Position numbers and translations under genes: made by a program. Positions 29,101-39,400 of a stretch of 64,000 nucleotides of DNA are shown here, piece by piece. Below the pieces are notes generated by a model. It did not search any database, had not been told where the DNA came from, and saw nothing but the letters and a program-made list of their open reading frames with translations. Location: NCBI GenBank assembly GCA_002269645.1, contig NIVC01002264.1, forward strand, positions 62,001 to 126,000, read 5' to 3'. This DNA comes from Macrostomum lignano (taxonomy: Eukaryota). How positions within the stretch are numbered: the first letter of the stretch is position 1; each line of letters opens with the position of its first letter.

Positions 29101-31150
29101 AGAGACAGGATTAACTCGCCCCATCATAAGCTACAGAGACAGGATTAACTCGCCCCACCATAATCTACAGACAGGATTAACTCGCTCCATCATATCTAAA
29201 ATAGCAAAACAAGCATAATTTAGTTACCTGAGGTCCAATATGAATGAGCACAGCCTTGAGCACGTAGGGCTCAGCTCCAGACAGGAATTCGGACATTTCA
29301 ATGGTCTCAGGATAAGCAATCGGGGATTTCACTTTCTTCTTGCGCAGGGTGCGCATGTCGAAGTCAAATCGCATCAGCTGGAGGCACAGCTCGTCGGGCA
29401 GGGACACCAGTTCTACGCCTACGCTAGCGTCCCGTGGCGCCTGGCACACGGGGCAGTTGTACTGACTCTCCCCGGCCAGGTCCTGTCGGGCTAAGAACTC
29501 GCGAAGGCAGTCAGTCAGCAAAGTGCTGGTCAGGTTTAAGCAGAGCTCGTGAAAATTTGACTCGCGTTCCGACAGATAGGTGCAGGCGTGACAGCGGGTC
29601 ACGTATCTAAGGGGATGAGTAGGATGGTGGTGGCTTGTGTTGAAATTGCTGTATGAGCACATTCTTCAGAATTTATCATTTTCAGGCACCTATAGGGGTA
29701 GTTTCTGTGGCAGATTAAAAACGGTCTGGTAGTTTCTGTGGCAGATTAAAAAAACGGTTTGGTAGTTTCTGTGGCAGATTAAAAACGGTTTGGTAGTTTC
29801 TGTGGCAGATTAAAAACGGTCTGGTAGTTTCTGTGGCAGATTAAAAACGGTCTGGTAGTTTCTGTGGCAGATTAAAAACGGTCTGGTAGTTTCTGTGGCA
29901 GATTAAAAACGGTTTGGTAGATTCTGTGGCAGATTCAGACAGGTGTGGGGTAGATTCTCTGGCAGATTTAGACAGGTGTGGGGTAGATTCTCTGGCAGAT
30001 TTAGACAGGTGTGGGGTAGATTATCTGGCAGATTTAGACAGGTGTGGGGTAGATTTTCTGGTAGATTTAGACAGATGTGGGGTAGATTATCTGGCAGATT
30101 TAGACAGGTGTGGGGTAGATTATCTGGCAGATTTAGACAGGTGCGGGGTAGATTATCTGGCAGATTCAGACAGGTGTGGGGTAGATTCTCTGGCAGATTT
30201 AGACAGGTGTGGGGTAGATTCTCTGGCAGATTTAGACAGGTGTGGGGTAGATTATCTGGCAGATTTAGACAGGTGTGGGGTAGATTTTCTGGTAGATTTA
30301 GACAGATGTGGGGTAGATTATCTGGCAGATTTAGACAGGTGTGGGGTAGATTATCTGGCAGATTTAGACAGGTGTGGGGCAGATTCTCTGGCAGATTTAG
30401 GCTGGGAAACTTGGAGAATAGATTCTCAATACGATTTCTTTCATTGGCTCACTTGTAAGATCCAGTGTAATGCTTCATAACATTGTCGTCAAACTCATCA
30501 AATCTTCGTTCCAACAATTGTCGGAATAGGATCCTGAACTCGCTGGCGTCCTGCTGGATGCCCTTGTCCAAATTGAGGGCCTCAATAAATGCCACGGGTT
30601 CGCAGACGCCGTCGCGTTGCAGATGCAGCCTGGCAAAGATGCTCTGCAGTTCGCGAATGATAGCGTCATCATCGGAGGGCAGCCGATAGACGGCCTGCAC
30701 CAGATCCGGGCTGCGCAGGTACAACTGCAACAGCGAATTCAAATAGCACGTGTTGCCATAATTGGTGAGACCAATTGGACCGTCCGATGAGGAAACTGCG
30801 GCCGAATCATCCTGCTGACCGGTTGCGTCATCAGCGTCTGCTTCGGCGTCGCCGGGACAACAGGACGGCGGTTGCTTAGCGGCAGCGGCGGCCAGCGCCA
30901 CCGGCCCGGCCATGGCGGCCAAAGACGTGGCAGCCTCGGCGGTCTCCGCAAATTTGTCCGGCCCGAGGCCGTTCAGGCAGCAGGGATTCTGGCGGCAGTT
31001 GCCGCGGCAGGCGCCCAGCGGACACGTGTCCGACAGCAGGTTGTAGGCCTTCATCAGCTGGTGCTCGGCGATGTCGCCAGGTTCGACGCTCTCAGTCCAG
31101 GACCAGCGTTCGTCAGCCTGTTTGGCGGCTTTCGACTTGGAGGTGGACAT
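17138..31150 (-). CDS. USP48: Ubiquitin carboxyl-terminal hydrolase 48, 6 exons, ~1188 aa
   Basis: Exons 31150-30453, 29606-29228, 24640-24185, 23106-22678, 20357-20159, 18543-17138 (3567 nt, all GT-AG, phases match). Cys box GLTNYGNTCYLNS, QQDASEF, His box HIGPQATGGHYVA..WLVCND, CPHG motifs, N-terminal CRGNCRQNPCCLNGLG, C-terminal UBL (TVQDLKLRLMEAYGVAPYDQHL) and EIGFSGT. Confidence 0.93.
18620..19869. mobile_element. Non-autonomous TIR DNA transposon in a USP48 intron
   Basis: ~55-bp terminal inverted repeats (GG(C/G)(A/C)ATTTGGACAATCAAAACGGGAC..., ~4 mismatches), AT on both flanks, internal HTH-like ORF remnant 18813-19040, and an 86-bp array overlapping the right TIR. Confidence 0.65.
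19160..19850. repeat. 86-bp tandem repeat inside the TIR element
   Basis: 86-nt period visible in the ORF offsets; ~8 units. Confidence 0.95.
20455..22620. repeat. 34/37-bp minisatellite in a USP48 intron
   Basis: GTGAGCTGCTGTTGCTAATCTCAAACATGGTCTTCAG and a 34-nt variant, ~50 clean units. Confidence 0.95.
23280..23960. repeat. 20-22 bp minisatellite
   Basis: GAGAAGCTAAAA(A)CTGCTCAT. Confidence 0.95.
24725..29185. repeat. 32/34-bp minisatellite of ~4.4 kb with higher-order structure
   Basis: GAGACAGGATTAACTCGCCCCATCATAAGCTACA and ACACTCCACC variant. Confidence 0.95.
29700..30400. repeat. 31-bp to 33-bp compound minisatellite
   Basis: GGTAGTTTCTGTGGCAGATTAAAAACGGTCT, then GGTAGATT(C/A)TCTGGCAGATTTAGACAGGTGTGG. 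Confidence 0.9.
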
Positions 31151-31449
31151 GGCTAGGTTAGACTGCCGAATGGCAGCGGGTTAGCATTTGTTAATTGGCT
31201 TAGTTAGACATTTTAGCTATAGATCTGCTCAGCGAATTCTGAGTGGGTAGGGCTTGGGGAGGATATTCGAGACTGCAGAAGCATCAGGCTCTTATATTCA
31301 TTGTTATCATCATACCTATGCTCTTCTGCTAAGCTACACTTTGAATTGACAGTTCGCTAATAGTTATTATGCAGGCAAGAATACATAGCCACACTGAAAT
31401 ACATGCTTTAATTATAGGAAAACTGCTTTAGTGTAATAGTGCATGATGT

Positions 31450-31960
31450 CTATGGCAATAAACACCCGATAGTGCAAGCGTGTCTATAGCAATAAACACC
31501 CGATAGTGCAAGCGTGTCTATAGCAATAAACACCCGATAGTGCAAGCGTGTCTATAGCAATAAACACCCGATAGTGCAAGCGTGTCTATAGCAATAAACA
31601 CCCGATAGTGCAAGCGTGTCTATAGCAATAAACACCCGATTGTGCAAGCGTGTCTATAGCAATAAACACCCGATAGTGCAAGCGTGTCTATAGCAATAAA
31701 CACCCGATAGTGCAAGCGTGTCTGTAGCAATAAACACCTAATAGTGCAAGCGTGTCTATAGCAATAAACACCTAAAAGTGCAAGCGTGTCTATAGCAATA
31801 AACACCCGATAGTGCAAGCGTGTCTGTAGCAATAAACACCTAATAGTGCAAGCGTGTCTATAGCAATAAACACCTAAAAGTGCAAGCGCGTCTATAGCAA
31901 TAAACACCCGATAGTGCAAGCGTGTCTATGGCAATAAACACAAGTGAAGTGCAAGCGTGT
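31450..31960. repeat. 34-bp minisatellite between NSRP1 and USP48
   Basis: GCAATAAACACCCGATAGTGCAAGCGTGTCTATA. Confidence 0.95.
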
Positions 31961-32177
31961 CTACAAGATGGTCAAACCAAAACCTTGAATGGAAACCTAA
32001 ACAAATATTTTCTAATTAAACCACGGTAAAATTAAACTAACCACAAAGAAGTCGACTTCAACCCGATGAAATAGTTTAACACTATTTAATTATTTACAAA
32101 TGTCAATTTTAAATTGTTTACACATATAGTTAGAAGCACATAAATATACAAGATTTAATATCGCTGTTTCTATGCTT

Positions 32178-33659
32178 TCAATCGTCATCTTCTTGATCGC
32201 TATCGGCCACAATTGGTGGCGCGGCCGCTGTCAAGCCTTTGCGCTGCAGGTAGCGCTCTCTGGCGCTGATCACGGCGTCTTGGTTGTTACGCCTGCGAAG
32301 CTTTACTAATAGTAGCGGATCGAGCACCGGACCTGCCGAGCCGGCTGAAGCTTTTGCTGACTTGGCTGCGCCACCCGACGATGAGGCCGAACTTGACCTC
32401 GATCTGGACCTTCTGGACCTTCGATGCTGATGTCGGTGAGGTTGCCTACGATCCCGGTCCCGATCCCGGACCGCCGCTGATGATGATGACGAAGACTGAG
32501 GCAGCTGAGGCGGCGGCGGCTCCTCGGATTGAGGCTTGCGGCCGCGGTCAAGCAGATTGCGATAGAATCCCGTCAGGTCCTGCTGCTTTGCGGCTGCTTG
32601 CCTGCAAATTCATTCACTGAATTATTGAATGCCAGCTAAATCAGGTCACTGATAGCCTCCGCTCCCTCAGTCCCTGAATCTGCCTCTCCGCTCCCTCAGT
32701 CCCTGAATCTGCCTCTCCGCTCCCTCAGTCCCTGAATCTGCCTCTCCGCTCTCTCAGTCCCTGAATCTGCCTCTCCGCTCCCTCAGTCCCTGAATCTGCC
32801 TCTCCGCTCCCTCAGTCCCTGAATCTGCCTCTCCGCTCCCTCAGTCCCTGAATCTGCCTCTCCGCTCCCTCAGTCCCTGAATCTGCCTCTCCGCTCCCCC
32901 AGTCCCTGAATTTGCCTCTCCACTCCCTCAGCCCCTGAATCTGCCTCTCCACTCCCTCAGCCCCTGAATCTGCCTCTCCACTGACTCAGTCAGTCCCTGA
33001 ATCTGTCTCTCCACTCCATCAGTCAGTCCCTGAATCTGCCTCTCCGCTGTCCCAATCACTAAACCAGGCCAATGTGATTACCTGGCATCCTTGGCCTCCT
33101 GCAGCTTGTGCTGCCGCTCCAATTCGGAAAACTCGGCCAATTTCTTTTTATAAGCAGATGTTACAAAGGCCTCTTTATCGGCGTACAGTTCGCCTTCTGC
33201 CTCGCGCTCCGCTTGAATTTTCTTCTCTTTCTGATACTCGCGCTCCATCTTGCGCTCTCCAGCCGCTTGCATCAGGCCGCCAATGTACTTGGGCGCCCGG
33301 TCGCTCACAGTTTTAACAGTTTGCCGCTCGGGCTTCCGTTCAGTAATCTGATCGTAGATGGAATCGTATTCGAATATGCTGGGGTCCTCGGCCAGGCATT
33401 TGTCTATGTCCGCCCTGGTGGAGCTCTTCAACCGGCTATTGCCCGACGCTTCTAAAGCCGCTTTTTTAGCGTCGAATTTGGCAAATTTTGCGTCAAATTT
33501 AGCTTCGGCCTCGCCGTCTGAATCGCTGTCGTCGAATATCGACGGTCGAGACAGCTGCTGCTTCTGTTGCTGTTGTTGCTGCTGTTGCCGCTGCTTCGCC
33601 CTCTCCTCGCCCGGTATGATCAAGCCGTAAGATTTGTTTTTCTTCCCAGTCCGAGACAT
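32178..33659 (-). CDS. NSRP1: Nuclear speckle splicing regulatory protein 1 (CCDC55-like), 2 exons, ~333 aa
   Basis: Exons 33659-33082 and 32601-32178 in frame; KSYGLI, EDPSIFEYDSIYD, PKYIGGL, KEAFVTSAYKKKL, DLTGFYRNLL, RS-like segment, C-terminal SARERYLQRK. Confidence 0.92.
32655..33050. repeat. 29-bp minisatellite in the NSRP1 intron
   Basis: CTCTCCGCTCCCTCAGTCCCTGAATCTGC. Confidence 0.95.
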
Positions 33660-33974
33660 GGCAACGCTAACTGGAGTTGCAATTCGGATTTGCTAGCGAA
33701 TTATCTTAGTACGAATTAGTGAGAATACACTCTACTAACAGTAGCAAAGAGGGGACAGATTGCCTTGAAAATAAACATAAATAATAAAATAAAATAGCGA
33801 GACAACAACAAATAAGAAAAAGAAATTGAATACCAAAAAACAAGTGAGACAAAATATCTCGAACCAAAAGTAGAATTTAAATGCATTATTTATTTTCAAA
33901 AAATTGCAATAACAACTGCATCTCTGTGCTAAAACAAACTTAACAATATCGCTTGATTTCTATGTTGAATCGCC

Positions 33975-34217
33975 TGTGTCTGTCTGGTCTGCCTGTGTCT
34001 GTCCTTCAATCTGTCTCTGTCTGTCTGTCTGCCGGTCTGTCTGTTTTTCTATCTGTCTGTCTGTCTGTCTGTCCGTCAATCTGTCTCTGTCTGTCTGTCT
34101 GCCTGTCTATCTGTCTGTCTGTCTGTCTGTCCGTCAATCTGTCTCTGTCTGTCTGTCTGCCGGTCTGTCTGTTTTTCTATCTGTCTGTCTGTCTGTCTGT
34201 CCGTCAATCTGTCTCTG

Positions 34218-34265
<48 letters not shown>

Positions 34266-34314
34266 TTCTATCTGTCTGTCTGTCTGTCCCTCAATCTGTC
34301 TCTGTCTGTCTCTG

Positions 34315-34353
<39 letters not shown>

Positions 34354-34355
34354 GG
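33975..34355. repeat. Degenerate (CTGT)n microsatellite
   Basis: Low-complexity CTGT tract between TRMT10C-like and NSRP1. Confidence 0.9.
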
Positions 34356-34505
34356 TGTGCACCCTCAGGTACTTAATCCATCCAATTGATACGGTTTTAA
34401 ATACAAAGTACACTTCGCCAGCTTACAGACAACAATTAAGCACCCGTAGATAGCACATTTAGTTTTTTTAAAATTAGGCGACTTCATAGTGCCAATATAA
34501 AAGCA

Positions 34506-37500
34506 TCAATCAGCCAGTAAATCCCGAACGTGCTCCAGCCGCATGCCGTAAAGCGACCGGAAGGCCATGCCGGGCAGCGGGCCGTCAACAGAGTCAGCAT
34601 CGGCGTCGGCCTCGGCTCCTTCATTGTCCAAATATCGATCGGGCACCTCGCGAGAAGCCACCGCCCAGGCGCCGCCGGTGTCGGCCAACCGAAGCAGCAG
34701 TTTAGTGAGCGGGCCGATAGGCAGATCGGGCAGGCCGGTTACTAACCGTCTCCGCCCGCCGCTCCTACACCGATCAGCCAGCGGTAGGCGGGCGTGTCTC
34801 AGGCCGAACTGCTCGGCCCGAGCCACCGACAACCGGTTGGCAGCGTCGCCAGATGCGGTCACGCCGACAATTAGAGCGACGGAAGGCGATTGAAACGATG
34901 ATGAAGACGAAGTGTTGGGTTGGAATAGCCGTTCGGCATTGGGAGCCGCGTTGGGCGAAAATGCCGATAGATAGAGTAGCCGATCGCGGCCGAATCTATA
35001 GATGGGGAATGACAGCGAAAGTTCTTGGTGTACTTTGTTAGATTCGGTTATTGCATGCTTCAAGCTTTTGGATCTGAGCTGGGGTGATCTATTGGACTGA
35101 ACTGGGTGATCTATTGGACTGAGCTGGGTGATCTATTGGACTGAGCTGGGTGATCTATTGGACTGAGCTGGGTGATCTATTGGACTGAGCTGGGTGATCT
35201 ATTGGACTGAGCTGAACGATCTATTGGACTGAGCTGATGTGATCTATTAGATCGAGCTGGGTGATCTATTGGACTGAGCTGGGTGATCTATTGGACTGAG
35301 CTGGGTGATCTATTGGACTGAGCTGGGTGATCTATTGGACTGAGCTGGGTGATCTATTGGACTGAGCTGGGTGATCTATTGGACTGAGCTGAGTGATCTA
35401 TTGGACTGAGCTGAGCGATCTATTGGACTGAGCTGAGCGATCTATTGGACTGAGCTGAGCGATCTATTGGACTGAGCTGGGTGATCTATTGGACTGAGCT
35501 GGGTGATCTATTGGACTGAGCTGGGTGATCTATTGGACTGAGCTGGGTGATCTATTGGACTGAGCTGGGTGATCTATTGGACTGAGCTGGGTGATCTATT
35601 GGACTGAGCTGGGTGATCTATTGGACTGAGCTGGGTGATCTATTGGACTGAGCTGAGCGATCTATTGGACTGAGCTGAGCGATCTATTGGACTGAGCTGA
35701 GCGATCTATTGGACTGAGCTGAGCGATCTATTGGACTGAGCTGAGCGATCTATTGGACTGAGCTGAGCGATCTATTGGACTGAGCTGAGCGATCTATTGG
35801 ACTGAGCTGAGCGATCTATTGGACTGAGCTGAGCGATCTATTGGACTGAGCTGAGCGATCTATTGGACTGAGCTGAGCGATCTATTGGACTGAGCTGAGC
35901 GATCTATTGGACTGAGCTGAGCGATCTATTGGACTGAGCTGAGCGATCTATTGGACTGAGCTGGGATCTATTGGACTGAGCTGGGTGATCTATTGGACTG
36001 AGCTGGGTGATCTATTGGACTGAGCTGGGATGATCTATTGGTCAGGGCTGGGATGATCTATTGGTCAGGGCTGGGATGATCTATTAGTCAGGGCTGGGAT
36101 GATCTATTAGTCAGGGCTGGGATGATCTATTAGTCAGGGCTGGGATGATCTATTAGTCAGGGCTGGGATGATCTATTGGTCAGGGCTGGGGTGATCTATT
36201 GGTCAGGGCTGGATGATCTATTGGTCAAGGCTGGGATGATCTATTAGTCAGGGCTGGGATGATCTATTGGTCAGGGCTGGGGTGATCTATTGGTCAGGGC
36301 TGGGGTGATCTATTAGTCAGGGCTGGGATGATCTATTGGTCAGGGCTGGGATGATCTATTGGTCAAGGCTGGGATGATCTATTGGTCAGGGCTGGGATGA
36401 TCTATTGGTCAGGGCTGGGATGATCTATTGGTCAAGGCTGGGATGATCTGTTGGATCAAGCTGGATGCTGATTTGAATTACATTAAAATCATGGTCCTAA
36501 TACCCTAAAAATGCAACGCATTCAATACCTGGCCACGGCTGACTCCAGACTATCAACAGAGTCCAACGGCAGCTCATCGAAGCCCACGCCGCCAGTGGCG
36601 AGAGTAAAATACTGACGAAACACGCAGTCGGGATGCAGGCCGCAGGCGATTAGGTGAAACGGGCGATCAGCTGCATAGTTAGCTTGCAGACAGAGCAGCA
36701 CCTGGCGGGCCAGATGGCGCCACTCCAGATGGCCATTGCTGTAGCCGGAGAAGTCCAATAGCAACGGCTGCCGCTCCTCCGTTGGCAGTCCAGCCTCCAG
36801 GGCCAAGCCGGCCAAGCTGCGAGCCAGCTGGATGGCCTGGCCAGGCGGTCTGGCCAGCCAATCGTCTTGGCTTTGGTGCAGCGCCAGCCGGTACAGGCCT
36901 TGGTAAGCCAGCAGCCTGTCTGCCTGGGCGATTGGGCAAGGATTGGGGACATGCGAGCTTGGGATTTTTAGCTGACACCCTCCCACATACTCATGGCTTG
37001 CGATGTCATCCAACAAGTACCCAGATTGAGCGGGTAGCATTCTCCTAGATCCATAAGTTAAACAGTTACCAGGCCAATTTCCTAGAGCTTTAGTGAAGTA
37101 CCTGTGTACCTCAAGAATCCTCAGTTGCTGGACCACTGTCATGCTCCCAGATCCTCAGTTGCTGGACCACCCTCCCAGATCCTCAGTTGCTGAGCCGCCC
37201 TCCCAGATCCCCAGTTGCTGGGGTCACCGCCGCCCTCCCAGATCCCCAGTTGCTGGGGTCACCGCCGCCCTCCCAGATCCTCAGTTGCTGGGCCACTGCC
37301 GCCCTCCCAGATCCCTAGTTGCAGGGCCACCCTTCCAGATCCTCAGTTGCTGAGCCGCCCTTCCAGATCCTCAGTTGCTGAGCCACCCTCCCAGATCCTC
37401 AGTTGCTGAGCCGCCCTCCCAGATCCTCAGTTGCTGAGCCGCCCTCCCAGATCCTCAGTTGCTGAGCCGCCCTCACAGATCCTCAGTTGCTGAGCCGCCC

Positions 37501-38351
37501 TCCCAGATCCTCAGTTGCTGAGCCGCCCTCCCAGATCCTCAGTTGCTGAGCCGCCCTCCCAGATCCTCAGTTGCTGGGGTCACCGCCGCCCTCCCAGATC
37601 CTCAGTTGCTGGACCACTGCTATGCTCCCAGATCCTCAGTTGCTGGACCACTGCTATGCTCCCAGATCCTCAGTTGCTGGACCACTGCTATGCTCCCAGA
37701 TCCTCAGTTGCTGAGCCACCCTCCCAGATCCTCAGCTGCTGGGGTCACCGCCACACTCCCAGATCCTCAGTTGCTGGGCCACTGCCGCCCTCTTAGATCC
37801 CCAGTTGCAGGGCCGCCCTCCCAGATCCTCAGTTGCTGGGCCACAGCCGCCCTCCCAGATCTGCATCACAGCAGCATCACACAGCAGCGGCTTACAGGAT
37901 CAGGAAACCGAGCCAGGTGCAGCAGCTCCTCGGAAGTCAGCGGTCCAGACGGCAGGCAGACGGCAAACGCAGTGGAGCTCAGCAGCAGCCGCTCAGCCTG
38001 CAGCCCAGCCACATCGCCAGGCGCCAACAGCCGGTGGACAAGCGCATCAGCTGGCGTGGAATCATCGAGCAGGTCGCCAGCCGACCCGCCGCGAGCTGTC
38101 AGCGGGTGCATGCAGGCGATCAGGTCGTCAGGCTGACAATGGACCAGGCTACTGAGTGCCCAGTCGCGCAGCCGATCAACGCCGCGCAGTGTCGACCGCT
38201 GCGGGCGAGAGCGGAAACGGCCGGATGAGCTGGCAGAAGCAGAGGATGAGCGGCCAGTGGCTATCTTTGTTGAATAGGCCGCCGCCGTTACAGCCGCTGT
38301 CACTGCAGCTGCATTTCCAATGCTGCTGTAACAGCGGCAGAGAGAGAGCGA
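34506..38351 (-). CDS. TRMT10C: tRNA methyltransferase 10 family, TRMT10C/MRPP1-like (mitochondrial RNase P subunit), 3 exons, no genomic ATG found
   Basis: Exons 38351-37896, 37109-36529, 34995-34506 (1527 nt, in frame). QPLLLDFS, RQVLLCLQAN..DRPFHLIAC, DRLLYLS, LSVARAEQFGLRHARLPL, W...REVPDR parallel TRM10 motifs; Ser/Arg/Ala-rich, acid-poor N-terminus. The exon 2 acceptor (TTGAG at 37110) is my best in-frame choice. Confidence 0.75.
35075..36450. repeat. 22/23-bp compound minisatellite in TRMT10C-like intron 2
   Basis: GAGCTG(GGT/AGC)GATCTATTGGACT, then CAGGGCTGGGATGATCTATT(G/A)GT. Confidence 0.95.
37120..37862. repeat. ~28-bp minisatellite in TRMT10C-like intron 1
   Basis: CAGATCCTCAGTTGCTGAGCCGCCCTCC and longer variants. 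Confidence 0.9.
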
Positions 38352-38372
38352 CTGGAAAGCAGAGATAATTAC
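38352..38372 (-). promoter_or_regulatory. 3' splice (putative trans-splice) acceptor of the TRMT10C-like gene
   Basis: TTATCTCTGCTTTCCAG immediately followed by the in-frame codon TCG. Confidence 0.65.
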
Positions 38373-38757
38373 AATTATTAGCTATTAGAAGAAAAACAAC
38401 TCAAAATAGGACCATTATACGAGATAATGAAATCAAGACAAGACAAGAGACGTCTTAACTGATTTTCAAAAAATTTCCACTGTTAGATCAGAATACACTG
38501 TAGACATAGTCAATCAAGATGACCTTTTTGGTAAAAATTCAGAACTAAAATTTGAAACAAGGGAGTACTCTTAGATGCCCTATCAAAAAACATTAGGACT
38601 TATAAGACATCGAAAGAATTATTATTTAGGAGATAATATTTATGCCAAAAATTTCTAGGCCTAGTTTAAAAAGGTCTTCATAGAATGATTTGAATGGATT
38701 TTTAAATGGAGTCAATATAATCTTAATACTAAAAGTCAAGTGAAGCTCAATATTATT

Positions 38758-38795
38758 TGCGACGCGTTTCGGCTAAAACTAGCCATCTTCAGGCA
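38758..38795 (-). ncRNA. Second identical hammerhead motif on the opposite strand
   Basis: Exact reverse complement of 39363-39400; predicted cleavage between 38761 and 38760. Confidence 0.8.
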
Positions 38796-38935
38796 CTATC
38801 GAACAGAATTTATTTCAACCTATTAAATACTGTGTAGACGACAAAATCAGGTATTGAAAAGATATAAAAGGACTAAAGGATCAATGTACAGCATAGCAAT
38901 GTTCATAATATTTTTTGTGGAATGACAGGACAGAG

Positions 38936-38974
<39 letters not shown>

Positions 38975-39179
38975 GCGTATGCGCCCCAAATGTACTCTAG
39001 CTTAGAACACCAACAGCTGTTCACTCGCACCTCCTCCAGATAGTTGGACATTGAGAGTGGGTTTGTGTAACTTTAAAGTGGGTAACTTTAAACCCACTCT
39101 CAATGTCCAACTATCTGGAGGAGGTGCGAGTGAACAGCTGTTGGTGTTCTAAGCTAGAGTACATTTGGGGCGCATACGC

Positions 39180-39222
<43 letters not shown>

Positions 39223-39362
39223 CTCTGTCCTGTCATTCCACAAAAAATATTATGAACATTGCTATGCTGTACATTGATCCTTTAGTCCTTTTATATCTTT
39301 TCAATACCTGATTTTGTCGTCTACACAGTATTTAATAGGTTGAAATAAATTCTGTTCGATAG

Positions 39363-39400
39363 TGCCTGAAGATGGCTAGTTTTAGCCGAAACGCGTCGCA
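39363..39400 (+). ncRNA. Minimal type I hammerhead ribozyme motif (PLE type)
   Basis: TGC-CTGAAGA-T-GGCTA-GTTT-TAGCC-GAAA-CGCGTC-GCA: CUGANGA core, stem II, GAAA, palindromic CGCG stem III, GUC cleavage triplet (after 39397), 3-bp stem I. Confidence 0.8.

Noticed and set aside
12790-29185. CRISPR-like regular repeats
   Set aside because: Units are contiguous with no unique spacers, there are no cas genes, and the context is eukaryotic.
31450-31960. Tandem AATAAA polyadenylation signals
   Set aside because: They are on the + strand, opposite to all neighbouring genes.
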